Shown here piece by piece: positions 1 to 10,500 of a DNA stretch of 64,000 nucleotides. Origin of the DNA: a virus; IMG/VR virus record IMGVR_UViG_3300036851_000272, positions 4,422 through 68,421 of that record; one strand, written 5' to 3'. Numbering within the stretch: the first letter of the stretch is position 1; every line of letters starts with the position of its first letter. Below the pieces are notes generated by a model that worked only from the letters and a program-made list of their open reading frames with translations, had not been told where the DNA came from and made no database searches. The translations under genes and the position numbers were made by a program.

Positions 1-350
1 AGCGCATCACGGTTTTGGCGATCTTCGGCCACAGCGTTCATTGCGCCGAGCACGCCGCGCGCGTTCTCTCCGCCATTGCTCGAAGCGCCCACCATTGCGC
101 CACGCAGAATCTCCGGCAGCACGCCCTTTGTGAACTTGCCGAATCCAGACAGTCTGCCAGTGCGCTCCTCCGGCCCTGGGCGTGTCTCTTCAGGAGGCGG
201 CAGTTCAATCGGCCCGTCGTCGCCAAATGGCACAGGGACTCCCGGCTGACGCTCCATGCGCGGCCCCGAATGCTCATACTGTGCTTCACGGGCTCGTCCA
301 GGTAGGCCCCCGATCATCTGGAGGATTTCGAGTATCTGCGCTCTTGTCAT
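1..350 (-). CDS. Putative internal virion (ejection) protein, 5' part, runs off left edge
   Basis: Not in ORF track; ATG at 350, 2 nt after stop of upstream gene, open to position 1: MTRAQILEILQMIGGLPGRAREAQYEHSGP...GVLGAMNAVAEDRQNRDA. Confidence 0.65.
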   Translation of the reverse strand, partial: MTRAQILEILQMIGGLPGRAREAQYEHSGPRMERQPGVPVPFGDDGPIELPPPEETRPGPEERTGRLSGFGKFTKGVLPEILRGAMVGASSNGGENARGVLGAMNAVAEDRQNRDA

Positions 351-352
351 AC

Positions 353-2677
353 TTACCCGGCCCTGCGCACTCTCAGGCTACCGTCTGGCTGAATCTCTGA
401 GGTGCTGTAATAGTCGTAGTTTCTCTGATTCGCCGAGTTGTTCGCTGGTGGACTGACGCGGTTGTAGATCGAATTGAACACTGAAGTCCAGGGGTTCTGC
501 TGGCCCTGTTGTTGTGGAGATTGCTGCCAAGAGAAAGAATACGGAGATCCGCCTCCACCGCCTCCACCTTGCCCGCCACCATACTGGTAGCCGCCAGTGA
601 AACCGCCAGGACTCGGAGTGATCGCCGGGTTAAATGCTCCAGACACAATGTTTCCGGCGCCGGGAACTAGAAAATTCAGCCCCGCCGCTCCAGCTCCTAC
701 CAGCGCTCGCGTTCCCCAATTCCCTTGCCCCGCCTCGGTCGCCTGCGTCTGTCCGTAGTTGCGTGACGAAGTGTCCGCAAAGCCCCGCGCCTGATTCGCC
801 GCTTCTCCCGCGCGACTCGCTTCCTGCGCGTACATCTGAGCAATGTTTCCCATCGCCGCATCACGGCGGCCGAGATTGGAGGAAACCCAATTGCTTCCCA
901 TGTTGTAGGCGAGATTGCGCACGTCCAGCGCCGTCAATTCCTCGCCGTTCTGCTCATGGAGAATGTCCGCCGCAGTCTGCCAGTCCTCTTGCTCCATCGC
1001 GCGATTCAGAGCAATCGCCTGGTTCTGCTGAGCCCTCAATTGCGTGGTCCGCGTCAACGCGGCGTCGCTATTCGCACGGGAATCAGAGGATCGGTTGAGA
1101 TCAAGGGCGTTCACGTCGCCGGAGGAGCGGAGCAGTGTATCGCGATAGATATTCCCTTGCTCACGGCCAAGTGTGGTATCCCGATCACTTTGCCCAGTCG
1201 CCAGATCCGCTTCGCGGTTGAACTGATTTTCGACGACGGCCCGCCCGCGGTCCTGCTCGTTCTGTGTCAGTGTTGCTTCGTTTGCCTGCCGCGTCACTTC
1301 CAGATTCATCTGCCGGGTGAGATCGCCGAGCGTCAATCCCTGCCGCTGAAGCATGGCATCCACGGCCTGCCGCTGCTGGTCGTCCAATTGCGTCAGGTCG
1401 AGGTTCTCGCGGTTCGCCAACTCAGACAATCCCGCGTCATCGAGCGCTCTTCGTAATGCGGTCTGGAGCCGCTCATTCCCTGCCAGTTCGCGCTCGCCGA
1501 GTCCGAGGGTCGTGTTCAACCGTCCCGTTCCGAGACGCTCCCTTGCAGTTTGCCCCGCCTGCCGTAACGTGTTGACGCGGTCAACGTTCTCTCCGGCAAA
1601 CTTGGCACGGGAATCGTCCATCGCGACGGCCTGCTCTCCTTCGACTTCCCGCATGGCCGCCAAGTATTGCGGGTCCCCCGGATTTACCCCTGCACGCCGC
1701 AAGCGGGACGCTGTATTCGCCACCACGGGAGCCATTGAGCGGCCAACGCGCGCGGCAAGAGCATCGCCGGTAGGGCCAAGCTTCTGCGCATCCTCGATGG
1801 ACTGTTGAAAGACATCGGCTGAAGACTCTCCAAGGTCTTCGTACGTGGAGGCCGTATCGCCCCGCATGTCGCGATAGGCATTCCCGAGCGTGTTGATCAG
1901 GTTGCCGTAGGTGCTTTGATTCCCTGAGCGGATGTCGCCGAACGTTTCCCCTGACGCTCCCCGCAATCCTGCAAAAGTCGCATCAGTACGGTCCCCGGCA
2001 TCGCTATACGTTTGATCGGAGTCGTCGATCAGCCCACGGGTTGTGTCCCCGCTACGGCTCGTAAGGTTTCGAAACGTCGAAGCGTTTCCGCCACGCAATC
2101 CAGTGTATGCATCGTTCAACGAACTGAGTAGACTGCGTCCGACGGTGGCGTTCTGCCCGCGCAGACCGCCGAACGTTTCGTTGGTGCCCGCCCGCATGCC
2201 TGTGTAGGCTTCGCCGGTATTGCGAAGAATGTCGCCTGCGGTTTCCTCGACACGACCCATCGCCCGCGTCGTCGTGTCGTTGATGTCGCCCTGGTTCGCC
2301 TCCTGCGTGCGGCCGATGTCGCCCGCCTGTTGGGAGAGATTTTCTTGAATCTGGCCCGTGACATTAGCAGCGGTTCCCGTTCGGGCGGCATTGAGATCGG
2401 AGATTGTGTTGAGCCGGCCGACACGCCCAGCAAGTGCCGCTTCGACACCCGGCATCACCTGTTGGCCGATTTGCCGAATAACATCAGGCTCAGGCATGCC
2501 AGCCTCAAGTTGCTGGCGAGCGTAAGCGATGACCTGATCGCGCAGTTCTGCCGAGATCGCACCCGCATCGTGGGCACGGGTGAGATTGCGGATCATCTCG
2601 TCGAAGCTGTAAGCGCCTATCTCACGCTGAGCGCCGACTGCTTCGTTGTAGGCCGATGAGTTGGAAAAGGCCGGCAT
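353..2677 (-). CDS. Putative internal virion / DNA ejection protein
   Basis: Long A/Q/R/T/G-rich helical protein with Gly/Gln-rich C-terminus, typical position after tail genes; start moved to MPAFSNSS (2677). Confidence 0.65.
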   Translation of the reverse strand: MPAFSNSSAYNEAVGAQREIGAYSFDEMIRNLTRAHDAGAISAELRDQVIAYARQQLEAGMPEPDVIRQIGQQVMPGVEAALAGRVGRLNTISDLNAARTGTAANVTGQIQENLSQQAGDIGRTQEANQGDINDTTTRAMGRVEETAGDILRNTGEAYTGMRAGTNETFGGLRGQNATVGRSLLSSLNDAYTGLRGGNASTFRNLTSRSGDTTRGLIDDSDQTYSDAGDRTDATFAGLRGASGETFGDIRSGNQSTYGNLINTLGNAYRDMRGDTASTYEDLGESSADVFQQSIEDAQKLGPTGDALAARVGRSMAPVVANTASRLRRAGVNPGDPQYLAAMREVEGEQAVAMDDSRAKFAGENVDRVNTLRQAGQTARERLGTGRLNTTLGLGERELAGNERLQTALRRALDDAGLSELANRENLDLTQLDDQQRQAVDAMLQRQGLTLGDLTRQMNLEVTRQANEATLTQNEQDRGRAVVENQFNREADLATGQSDRDTTLGREQGNIYRDTLLRSSGDVNALDLNRSSDSRANSDAALTRTTQLRAQQNQAIALNRAMEQEDWQTAADILHEQNGEELTALDVRNLAYNMGSNWVSSNLGRRDAAMGNIAQMYAQEASRAGEAANQARGFADTSSRNYGQTQATEAGQGNWGTRALVGAGAAGLNFLVPGAGNIVSGAFNPAITPSPGGFTGGYQYGGGQGGGGGGGSPYSFSWQQSPQQQGQQNPWTSVFNSIYNRVSPPANNSANQRNYDYYSTSEIQPDGSLRVRRAG

Positions 2678-2781
2678 GGCTACCCTCGTTCTTTCAGAAT
2701 ATTGGTGATAAAATAGAGCGAGCCGAGGAAGTGCTGAATACACTGCGTCGGCTCTGACCACCGATCTACGAAGGAGATCCA

Positions 2782-3342
2782 ATGGCTAAGAAGCAGTTTA
2801 TACCAATCCCTCATCTCAACGAAGCTGACGCCTGTCGATTTTGGAATAAAGTTGAACGTCGAGGAACACAGGAGTGTTGGCCATGGACAGCAGCGCTGAT
2901 GAGTGGATATGGAGCATTTTTCATGAGCCGACCATGTCGATTCAACTTCAAATCCAGCCGTATAGCGTACTTTCTCGAATACGGTCTTGACCCAAAAGAG
3001 TTGCTCGTGTGCCATCACTGTGATAATCCCAAGTGCTGCAATCCGAGTCACTTGTTTATCGGAACGAATGCCGACAACACTGCTGACATGCTCGCTAAGG
3101 GACGGGCAAGCGTTAGCGACATGCATTGGACTAGAAGAATGCCGGAGCGGATTAACAGGGGGCCTCGTATGCCGTTCCCCGGCGAGAGTAATCATAATGC
3201 TAAATTGACTGAGGCTGCGGTCATAGAGATTCGCAGGAGACGCTCTGCGGGGGAGTCGCTCGCTAGTCTCGCCAAGGAGTATTCCGTCAGTATGAGTTTG
3301 ATAAGCCATGTCGCCTTGAGAAGGAACTGGAAACACATCTGA
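2782..3342 (+). CDS. Free-standing HNH homing endonuclease
   Basis: CWPWT..GYG, VCHHCDNPKCCNPSHL..GT..DN..DM..KGR, C-terminal GESNHNAKLTE..V.EIR DNA-binding module; RBS AAGGAG; antisense to late operon. Confidence 0.9.
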   Translation: MAKKQFIPIPHLNEADACRFWNKVERRGTQECWPWTAALMSGYGAFFMSRPCRFNFKSSRIAYFLEYGLDPKELLVCHHCDNPKCCNPSHLFIGTNADNTADMLAKGRASVSDMHWTRRMPERINRGPRMPFPGESNHNAKLTEAAVIEIRRRRSAGESLASLAKEYSVSMSLISHVALRRNWKHI

Positions 3343-3350
3343 GCGAGTCA

Positions 3351-3671
3351 CTAAAGGCGGGCATCAGGACCTCCCTTATATCGAGAGTGAACCGTCACAC
3401 ATATGAGCACTATGATGGCGATCGCGAGCGCACCACGGCTTGTCCATGTCATCCATACTCCAGGTGGTTTGAGAACTGCTCTCTGCACAAATCCAAACCC
3501 CATTCCCAGCCACTCCCCCAAATCCCTGATGGCGAGGCTGTAAAATACGCAGCCCAACATCCGCATCCGCCAATCCCCGCTTGTTGTCCAAAAGAGAAAC
3601 CCTAGGAGCGCAGACCCGAGGATGGTGGTCGCCACAGTGAGAACCATCGCGATAAAGAAGAATGGGTTCAT
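3351..3671 (-). CDS. Small 3-TM membrane protein (lysis-cassette candidate)
   Basis: Three hydrophobic segments, ATGA coupling with upstream gene. Confidence 0.6.
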   Translation of the reverse strand: MNPFFFIAMVLTVATTILGSALLGFLFWTTSGDWRMRMLGCVFYSLAIRDLGEWLGMGFGFVQRAVLKPPGVWMTWTSRGALAIAIIVLICVTVHSRYKGGPDARL

Positions 3672-3985
3672 TTTTCACGCCTGTCACGGGGGTCGGTGTA
3701 GTCGAATTTCTCTGGAACTTCGCGGGGCGGTTTATCTGGAGTTTCACGGGGACGGCGGTTAATTAAAATATCGAATCTTCGAATGAAGTCGGCATTGTTC
3801 GTGCGCTGCAATTCGTCACGCCGCTCCAGCGCCTTCAGAAACTCTTTGGTCAGTTCTCTGGAGTGCTGTTGGGCGTCTTCCATGGTCTTCACCATGAACG
3901 GCCACCCGAGCTTGTAGATGAACAGGCCGATGAACAGCAACGCCACTGTCGGCCAGCCGTATTGCATCCAATCTTTTAATTCCAT
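3668..3985 (-). CDS. Holin-like single-TM protein
   Basis: N-terminal TM (YGWPTVALLFIGLFIY) then charged coiled coil. Confidence 0.5.
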   Translation of the reverse strand: MELKDWMQYGWPTVALLFIGLFIYKLGWPFMVKTMEDAQQHSRELTKEFLKALERRDELQRTNNADFIRRFDILINRRPRETPDKPPREVPEKFDYTDPRDRREK

Positions 3986-4345
3986 TCATGGCTTTCCGTT
4001 TGGCGGTTTTTTGAACTGGAGCACAAGTCCCAAGGTTTGCAAAATGCCAAGCAGTATCCCGACGCCCTGACCCATCCCGCGCAGCGACGACATTTCGTTC
4101 TCCTGCGCCTGAAGCGCTCTGCGCAATTCCCGCTGCTCGTCCTGAAGAGTGCGGATTGCTTCCCGTGCTCCGTCCAGCTTGTTCTCGTGAACCTCCAGGC
4201 GTGCCTCTGTGGAGGCTCCGCGAGTTTGTCCCGTTCCGTGCGGCTGCATGAACGTGGTCACACTCACGCACAGGATGATCACCACCACGAGGCTCAGGAT
4301 TCGCACGATGGCGATAGCAAACTCGCGTTTGAGACGGTCGTCCAC
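3986..4345 (-). CDS. 2-TM coiled-coil membrane protein (holin/antiholin-like)
   Basis: TM - coiled coil (RLEVHENKLD..IRTLQDEQ) - TM. Confidence 0.5.
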   Translation of the reverse strand: MDDRLKREFAIAIVRILSLVVVIILCVSVTTFMQPHGTGQTRGASTEARLEVHENKLDGAREAIRTLQDEQRELRRALQAQENEMSSLRGMGQGVGILLGILQTLGLVLQFKKPPNGKP

Positions 4346-4870
4346 TCAGAGTTCCATCCACCACAGCGAAAACGGATTCACCGGAGCCACCGCGCGGTAA
4401 CGCTTGCCGTCCACGGTGACAATGCTCCCTTCGCCTGCGGCGAGAGCGTCCGAGTTCACAGCGAAGTACTTCCGGCCGACACTGACGCGTCCGAATTCCG
4501 CCTTTGCTGCCACTTCCTCGGCCGGGATTGGTGCGCCGATAGGGGATACCGGACCGGCAGGAGGAGGAGGCGGATTGAGGAACTTGTCCCATGGGACGGA
4601 CTGATGAGGCGCCTTTCCGTAGATTACCTGCACCTCATAGAGTGCGTTTGAGAAATCTCCGGTTTCAAGCATCGGATAGAGCACGTCGATGCACTGCTTA
4701 AGCGTTGATGTGGTGCCCTTCCAAATGATGTAGGCGCTGTCGTCCATGTCCACCACGGGTGTCAATTCGGCTGTCCTGTGCTGTTCCACCGTCTGGATCT
4801 CATGGATCGCCGTGATTCCGTTCAAGCGGAGGTAGCCGACGTACTTGTCAACAAATTGCGGTAGCGTCAT
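4346..4870 (-). CDS. Hypothetical protein
   Basis: 174 aa ORF tightly packed in late operon, poly-Pro linker. Confidence 0.65.
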   Translation of the reverse strand: MTLPQFVDKYVGYLRLNGITAIHEIQTVEQHRTAELTPVVDMDDSAYIIWKGTTSTLKQCIDVLYPMLETGDFSNALYEVQVIYGKAPHQSVPWDKFLNPPPPPAGPVSPIGAPIPAEEVAAKAEFGRVSVGRKYFAVNSDALAAGEGSIVTVDGKRYRAVAPVNPFSLWWMEL

Positions 4871-5010
4871 TCTGACTCTCTTTCTGTAAGTTCGTTGAGC
4901 AATTGCTGGCGCTCATGGTCGTTGAGCACACCCTTTTCGCTCAACGTTGTGATTAAATCTGCCAGTGTTTCCTTGATGGGGCGGACGGGATCAGGAGGTT
5001 TATCAGGCAT
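4867..5010 (-). CDS. Small hypothetical protein (47 aa)
   Basis: Not in track; MPDKPPDPVRPIKETLADLITTLSEKGVLNDHERQQLLNELTERESE, fills gap and overlaps both neighbours. Confidence 0.6.
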   Translation of the reverse strand: MPDKPPDPVRPIKETLADLITTLSEKGVLNDHERQQLLNELTERESE

Positions 5011-5344
5011 TCTTCCGCCCCCTCAACGCATCAGCCATGAGGTTCATCCTCAATCGACCGTCCTCGGATGGCCATTTCCTGTAGTTCTGTTGAGCTTCTA
5101 CAAACTCCAACATTGGTGGCCTGATGCTCATTACCTTATTTACGTCGCAGTTGGATTGTAGATCACACAGGGCATGCACGACTGGATCGTTTAGCCGGTC
5201 ATCCGGCTTTCGCTTCTCTATATCGCACTGAACCAGAATCCGGCATGCGGTTATTACCGAGTCGATCAGTCCAATTATGATTCCGTCTTTAGTTGCACAA
5301 TCTGTCGGCATGGGCACTTGTTCTTGTTCTTCTTTGGATTGCAT
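5003..5344 (-). CDS. Hypothetical protein
   Basis: Start MQSKEEQ at TGATG junction with upstream gene. Confidence 0.55.
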   Translation of the reverse strand: MQSKEEQEQVPMPTDCATKDGIIIGLIDSVITACRILVQCDIEKRKPDDRLNDPVVHALCDLQSNCDVNKVMSIRPPMLEFVEAQQNYRKWPSEDGRLRMNLMADALRGRKNA

Positions 5345-5667
5345 CAGCCGTTCCCCTTCGTGACAACCACGCGGATCACCTTCATACTTCCGCGCGGTTC
5401 GGTGCCGCGCTGATATGGGATTTGCGCATGATCCTGATACGGTAACCCGGTTTGTTCGCGCGGCCAATTCCATGAGGCCGCATGGTCTACTCCATTATGT
5501 TGGTAGTCCATCTCGACGTGGTATCGCGAGAAGGAGCCAGCCGGGGCGCTGGAGCTGATGTTGATCATCAGTCCGTCGCGGCCAAAATACTCATCATCTC
5601 CCTCGCCGCGCGTCCCGATCTGCTGCAAGTTCACCGTAACATCGTCAGGTCTGCAAATTTTCGCCAC
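5344..5667 (-). CDS. Hypothetical protein
   Basis: Operon packing. Confidence 0.55.
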   Translation of the reverse strand: MAKICRPDDVTVNLQQIGTRGEGDDEYFGRDGLMINISSSAPAGSFSRYHVEMDYQHNGVDHAASWNWPREQTGLPYQDHAQIPYQRGTEPRGSMKVIRVVVTKGNG

Positions 5668-5857
5668 GAAGCAACTCCCATAATTGCTGAGCAGAGATTT
5701 CCTTCACGTCGCGCCCATAGTGGATAGCAATGGAGCCGTATCCGACAGTTCCCTTTTCGACAGCCTGCACGAGGATCGGTTCAAATCCGACAATGACAGT
5801 GGCATCCCCGATCTTTGTCTCCCTGCCGTCGTACAGGCAGAGGTTTAGCTTTCCCAT
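5645..5857 (-). CDS. Hypothetical protein
   Basis: Operon packing. Confidence 0.55.
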   Translation of the reverse strand: MGKLNLCLYDGRETKIGDATVIVGFEPILVQAVEKGTVGYGSIAIHYGRDVKEISAQQLWELLRGENLQT

Positions 5858-5861
5858 GGCG

Positions 5862-6602
5862 CTACCCCGCGAATTGCGGCGGGCGCGGCGGTGGAGTGCC
5901 GATGCCGAGCACCATTTTCACCGCTTCCAGTTGCTCTTCAAAGCTCTTCGATGGGTCCTGCGCATCGCGAATGCGCTTGAGCGTGACGAATGCGGGCTCC
6001 GAGGACGCCGGAATTGAGACAACCGTGGGCTTGTAGAGTACGCGGAATTCCGAAATTCGGAACCACTGAAGCTTTCCGCTTTCCACGCGGAACCCGATGT
6101 CAGGTGGCATGCTCGGGTTCCCGTTGCCGGTGATGTAGCCGATTGGTGGCTCTTCGTTCGGTCCTGGGCCGATCTCCATCCGCTGCGCTTCCTCATCCGA
6201 ATACGCCCTCTCGATGAACAGTGGAACGTCGGCGTATTTGGTTGCGCGATATTCCACGATCAGATCCATCCATGGCCGACTAACGAGTCCGATACCGGGC
6301 GTCGCCATGTCTTTGTTGGGCGCGGTAGCAAACTTCCCATCGGCGTTGCGCGCTGGGAAAATGCCCTTGAAGGCCCGCCCTTCGTACCAGAGCTTCAGGC
6401 CGGGGCGCGGCTCTTGATCGCGCCCCACATTGCCCTCACGCTTCATGTGCTCCCATGAGCCATAGGCGAAGTCGGCTGCGCGGAGCAAGCCTACGGCAAG
6501 CGCGGCGTTCCAATCGGAAACGAGCTTATCGGTCTGTTCCTTGGCGGGGTTGACCGGCTGGTTCCAAACATCCGGGTAATCGTGAAAAATGCTGTCTTCC
6601 AT
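5862..6602 (-). CDS. Hypothetical protein
   Basis: 246 aa ORF with AAGGAG RBS. Confidence 0.7.
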   Translation of the reverse strand: MEDSIFHDYPDVWNQPVNPAKEQTDKLVSDWNAALAVGLLRAADFAYGSWEHMKREGNVGRDQEPRPGLKLWYEGRAFKGIFPARNADGKFATAPNKDMATPGIGLVSRPWMDLIVEYRATKYADVPLFIERAYSDEEAQRMEIGPGPNEEPPIGYITGNGNPSMPPDIGFRVESGKLQWFRISEFRVLYKPTVVSIPASSEPAFVTLKRIRDAQDPSKSFEEQLEAVKMVLGIGTPPPRPPQFAG

Positions 6603-6614
6603 TTCTAAATCTCC

Positions 6615-6878
6615 TTACTTCTCAATGATATTCGCAGCCGGTGCTAAGGGCTCGTCTTTTCGGGCTTCTGGCTTTAGCGCCACCGGCCTCACTGCCGCCG
6701 CATCGAGCGCAAATTTCCCGGCAAGCGCTGGCCCAACGATCACCATGAGGGCGCCGGCCTGCCGTGCCCACATCGGCACAAGTTCGGTGATAAACTCCGG
6801 CATGACTTCAGTGAGGCCAGAGCCCGCCAGCGCCATGCCGACCGCTGTCATGAGTCCTGCTGCCGTAGTTCTGTCCAC
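6615..6878 (-). CDS. Small 2-TM membrane protein (holin-like)
   Basis: GTG start overlapping upstream TAG; two hydrophobic segments and charged tail. Confidence 0.5.
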   Translation of the reverse strand: MDRTTAAGLMTAVGMALAGSGLTEVMPEFITELVPMWARQAGALMVIVGPALAGKFALDAAAVRPVALKPEARKDEPLAPAANIIEK

Positions 6879-7081
6879 TATCGCCTCATGGGCCATAGGT
6901 TGATGCTTCCGCCACCGAGTTGCCGCGACACGAACACGAGAATGATGATCAGCAGGATCGCTCCGCAGATCCACAGGACCGGCTGAGGAAGCTCGAATTT
7001 CTTGCACACGTAATACAATCCGCATCCCACGATTGCGAAGATTACGACGAGAATAAGTAACTGAATTAGTTGGTCTACCAT
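6878..7081 (-). CDS. Small 2-TM membrane protein
   Basis: LIQLLILVVIFAIVGCGLYY..LPQP..ICGAILLIIILVFV. Confidence 0.7.
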   Translation of the reverse strand: MVDQLIQLLILVVIFAIVGCGLYYVCKKFELPQPVLWICGAILLIIILVFVSRQLGGGSINLWPMRR

Positions 7082-7185
7082 TTGTTGGCCTTTTCTTTCA
7101 AACGATCCCCAACCACCGCAAAGCCACCGCCAACAGAGTTACGGAGATGAGCGTAACGAAGAAGGCAAAGACGCTCCCACGCCAC

Positions 7186-7587
7186 TCACTTCGCGGTTTT
7201 GGCGGCAACACCTGGCGCTTCCTTCTGTGGGCAAATACCGATCTTCGCGTCAAGCGTCACCTCGCATCCTTCGAGCCCGAGCGGCTTCAGTACCCGGCTG
7301 ATCGCGGCCTGATACTCCTGCTCGGCCTTCTGCCGGTCTTGCGCCGCCTGGTTGATGTGCTGCTGAGCCTGCGCCTGAGTCGTCAGCTTCTTGTCCGACT
7401 CGATGAGCCTGGCTTGCAGCACCTTGGCGTTCGCAACGGCGATAGCGGCTTCATCCACGGGGCAAAGCTTCTTGGCTGTCGAAATGCACGGCAACTTCTC
7501 AAGTTCTGCCACCCTCTTGTTTTCTTCCGCGCTCAGCACGGTTCCGAGAATGATTGCGCCGATGAGCGCGAGTTTGTCGATTTTCAT
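7186..7587 (-). CDS. Signal/anchor-bearing coiled-coil protein (spanin-like or fibre chaperone)
   Basis: MKIDKLALIGAIILGTVLSA then coiled coil with 4 Cys; AAAGGA RBS. Confidence 0.55.
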   Translation of the reverse strand: MKIDKLALIGAIILGTVLSAEENKRVAELEKLPCISTAKKLCPVDEAAIAVANAKVLQARLIESDKKLTTQAQAQQHINQAAQDRQKAEQEYQAAISRVLKPLGLEGCEVTLDAKIGICPQKEAPGVAAKTAK

Positions 7588-7595
7588 AAGTCCTT

Positions 7596-10500
7596 TCAGT
7601 CGCATGCCCATGCTCCATTGAGCCGCTTGGCGATAGCGCCGGTGCTCGATGCCGCACAGGTTGAACTGCCATGCGTACAGTCGCTGCAGAACCAGATGCT
7701 GCCGTTTGGTGTGAATCCTCCGCTGGCGAGCGTGTCCAAGTCGGACTTCGTTCGGCCTCGCTGGAATTCCAGCCCGCCGTAGGCGTTCATTTTGAACACA
7801 TCTGTGGGAAATGCCGCGTTTTCCGCAGTGGCGAAACGCAGGCTCGATGTTGCGTTCGGACTCGATACAGCATCCGCGTAGCCGTCAATGCGAACAGCGA
7901 ACAGATCGACAGCGTTCACTCGACCAGCCATGGTGAACGTTCCAAGCCGCATGCCAGCCGTCACGTCGCTGGGGGATGCGATAGTCCCACCAGCCCGGTA
8001 GATGTGCAAGCCCGCGCGATCCGTAGTGGCAGCGTTTCCGTATTCGCGCAAAAACACATTGAACCCGCCAGTCTCCTGGCTCTGCCACGTGGTCGTTCCA
8101 GTGTCAGCAATTGACAGAACATCCCACCCCTTCAGAAACGAATAGAGCCGCTCGGATCCACCATCCGCATACCATTCCCAGGCTTTCGAGGCTCCAGTGG
8201 TTCTGTCGTCGTTGAGGAAGCCGGCAAGCGACCCCTTGGATTCTACTGCCGTTCCGATCTTTGCTCGCAGTACGCCGCCTGTAGCGAAGCCGATATCGTC
8301 GGCTCCAACCCGGTACATGCCGGTGTTCACATCGGCAGAGAAGGAATAGGCCGGGGAGGTGACCGCACCATCCCGCGCCTGCATGTACGTATTGAAGAAC
8401 CGGCCACGGTCGGTAAACCCACGGACATTGAGATTAGTGAACGGCAGGTTAGCAACCATGTCGTCGAGGCTACCTTCGAGTTCGGTCTCGCCAAAATTCG
8501 GGAGCCACAGGTTTCGGCCTTCGCTCTGGTTCTCGACCAGCGCGGAGTTGCTGAAACACATGTCACAGCGATTTGCGGCCGGCATATTGACGTAGTTGAT
8601 AGGCTGAACCCGCCGCCAATCCTTACCACCAGATGTTCCACCGGGTCCGCCGAACTGCCCATGGCGAATCACGTTATTGTCGGAATAGCCCTCTTCGACT
8701 GCATAACTGCCGATTCCCATTCCGAACATGATTTTAAGATCGTCAATCTTGTTTGAGCACGTATCGGCTCCACCTTCCGGGTAAACCGCAGCAATGTCGT
8801 ATCCTGACCAACGCATGCCGCTTGCCCGCTGGTGTGCCGGAGTGCCAATTACAATGTGCTGGATTAGGCTGTTGCAATTGAAGTAGTTCACCGAGGCGTT
8901 GGTTGTGTTCGACGTACGCATGTCAATGGCGAGAACGAAGCCGTTCACGCCAACGTTTCGCATACCGCCCGAAGTAACGTGCCGCCACTCGATCCCAACA
9001 CCGGAGCCCGTTGTGCCGGTGGTAACCAGCGTGCCGGTGATTCCGCCCGAGTTCGCGACCGCTCCATCTACCTGGATGTTTTCGAGGTGGACGTTCGTGA
9101 TCGGGCCAGCAACCCGAATAACAGGCTTACTTTTGTAGAGCTTAGGGGTGCAACCGGTGGAAAAAAACGTTCCGTTACCGACAGAGCCACGCAATTCGAC
9201 GTTGTTCGCGTCAATTTTGCGTACCGTCCACGTGCCGTTCGCCGCGTTGTCATTCGAGCAGGAGCCATTTCGGCCAGCCTGGTCAATGGTTGCGAGATCC
9301 TGCGTCTCCAGCCCGTGGCTCGTGGCCGTAACAACAATCGGCGTAGCGTTCGTGATGCCGGTGATGGTGACTTCGCTGAGCCCAGTGGTGCTGATGGACT
9401 TGAACCGCGTAGCGCCCGTATAAGCCGCGCTTCCGCCGCTCGCATTAGTCAGTTCCCCTTTGCCGCATCCCCGTAAGGTGATCCCGTGCCGAGTCGATGC
9501 GGTTCCACCCACTGTCCCATTCCCCAACTCCAGCGCGTCAGAGAGGGCGATATCTCCACATGGAGCCTGCATCACGCCACCAGTTGTTGGCAACGCGTCC
9601 CGGCAGGCCTGCATGGCAGCGAGATCATCAGTCGTTCCATCAGCCACGACGCCATAGCCGGAGCAGTGAAAGACTGTGCCGCCCTTGTCGTATGCCTTAA
9701 AGCCCTTCAGGGAGTCGGTGCCGATCAGGGCAGTGGCCGTGGGTGTTGTCGTTTGGACGGGATACCCGCCATCGATCTGAGTGCCTGCCGTGTTATTCCA
9801 TCTAGGGACGAATCCAATTGTCGATGAGCCAGGGCCGGAAACAAACCCGCTACTGGCGACCGCGCATGTGAGCGTGCCGTTCGCCGCCACATCGGTGACG
9901 AATTGCCCGCCTGGGCACGCCGCGGGGTCACTGGCGAGCGCTGTGGCGGTTGCCGCTCGGCCAGTAAAGTTTCCGCTGTTGTCGAAGCTTGTTAGGTCGC
10001 CGCCTACTTGAGTCTGAAACTTCACTATATCGGTCGCACCTGCTGCACCCCTGCGAAAAAATGCAGTAACTACGTCGGTGGCTGGACCTATCACGAGAGT
10101 TTGAAATGATCCAGTGAATCCCGCAATGGACCCATCTGAGGTTCTTTGAACGATCGTGTTGTTTGTTGCCGCTGTGTCGTAGTCAACTCCGACGTTATCG
10201 ACCGATCCTCCCGTGCTATTCCAGATGACTACATTCCCGCTTGTCGTGGCCCCAGTAACATTAACGTTTCCACCGCCAGCCGGGGCTGAGCACGTCAGAT
10301 TACCGTTGGCCGCGATCGCGTTGGCGAACTCTCCGCCAGGGCAATCCGTGGGGTTCGCCGCCAGTGCTGTGGCCGTCGCGGCGTTCCCGTCCGTGAATAG
10401 AAACGTTTTGTTCGCGCCGTTCACTCCACCTTCCCAAGTATTCGCCGTGGAGTCGTACATGATGGAGCCGCTCGCCGTGGGAGCCGCGCCAGCGGCTGCC

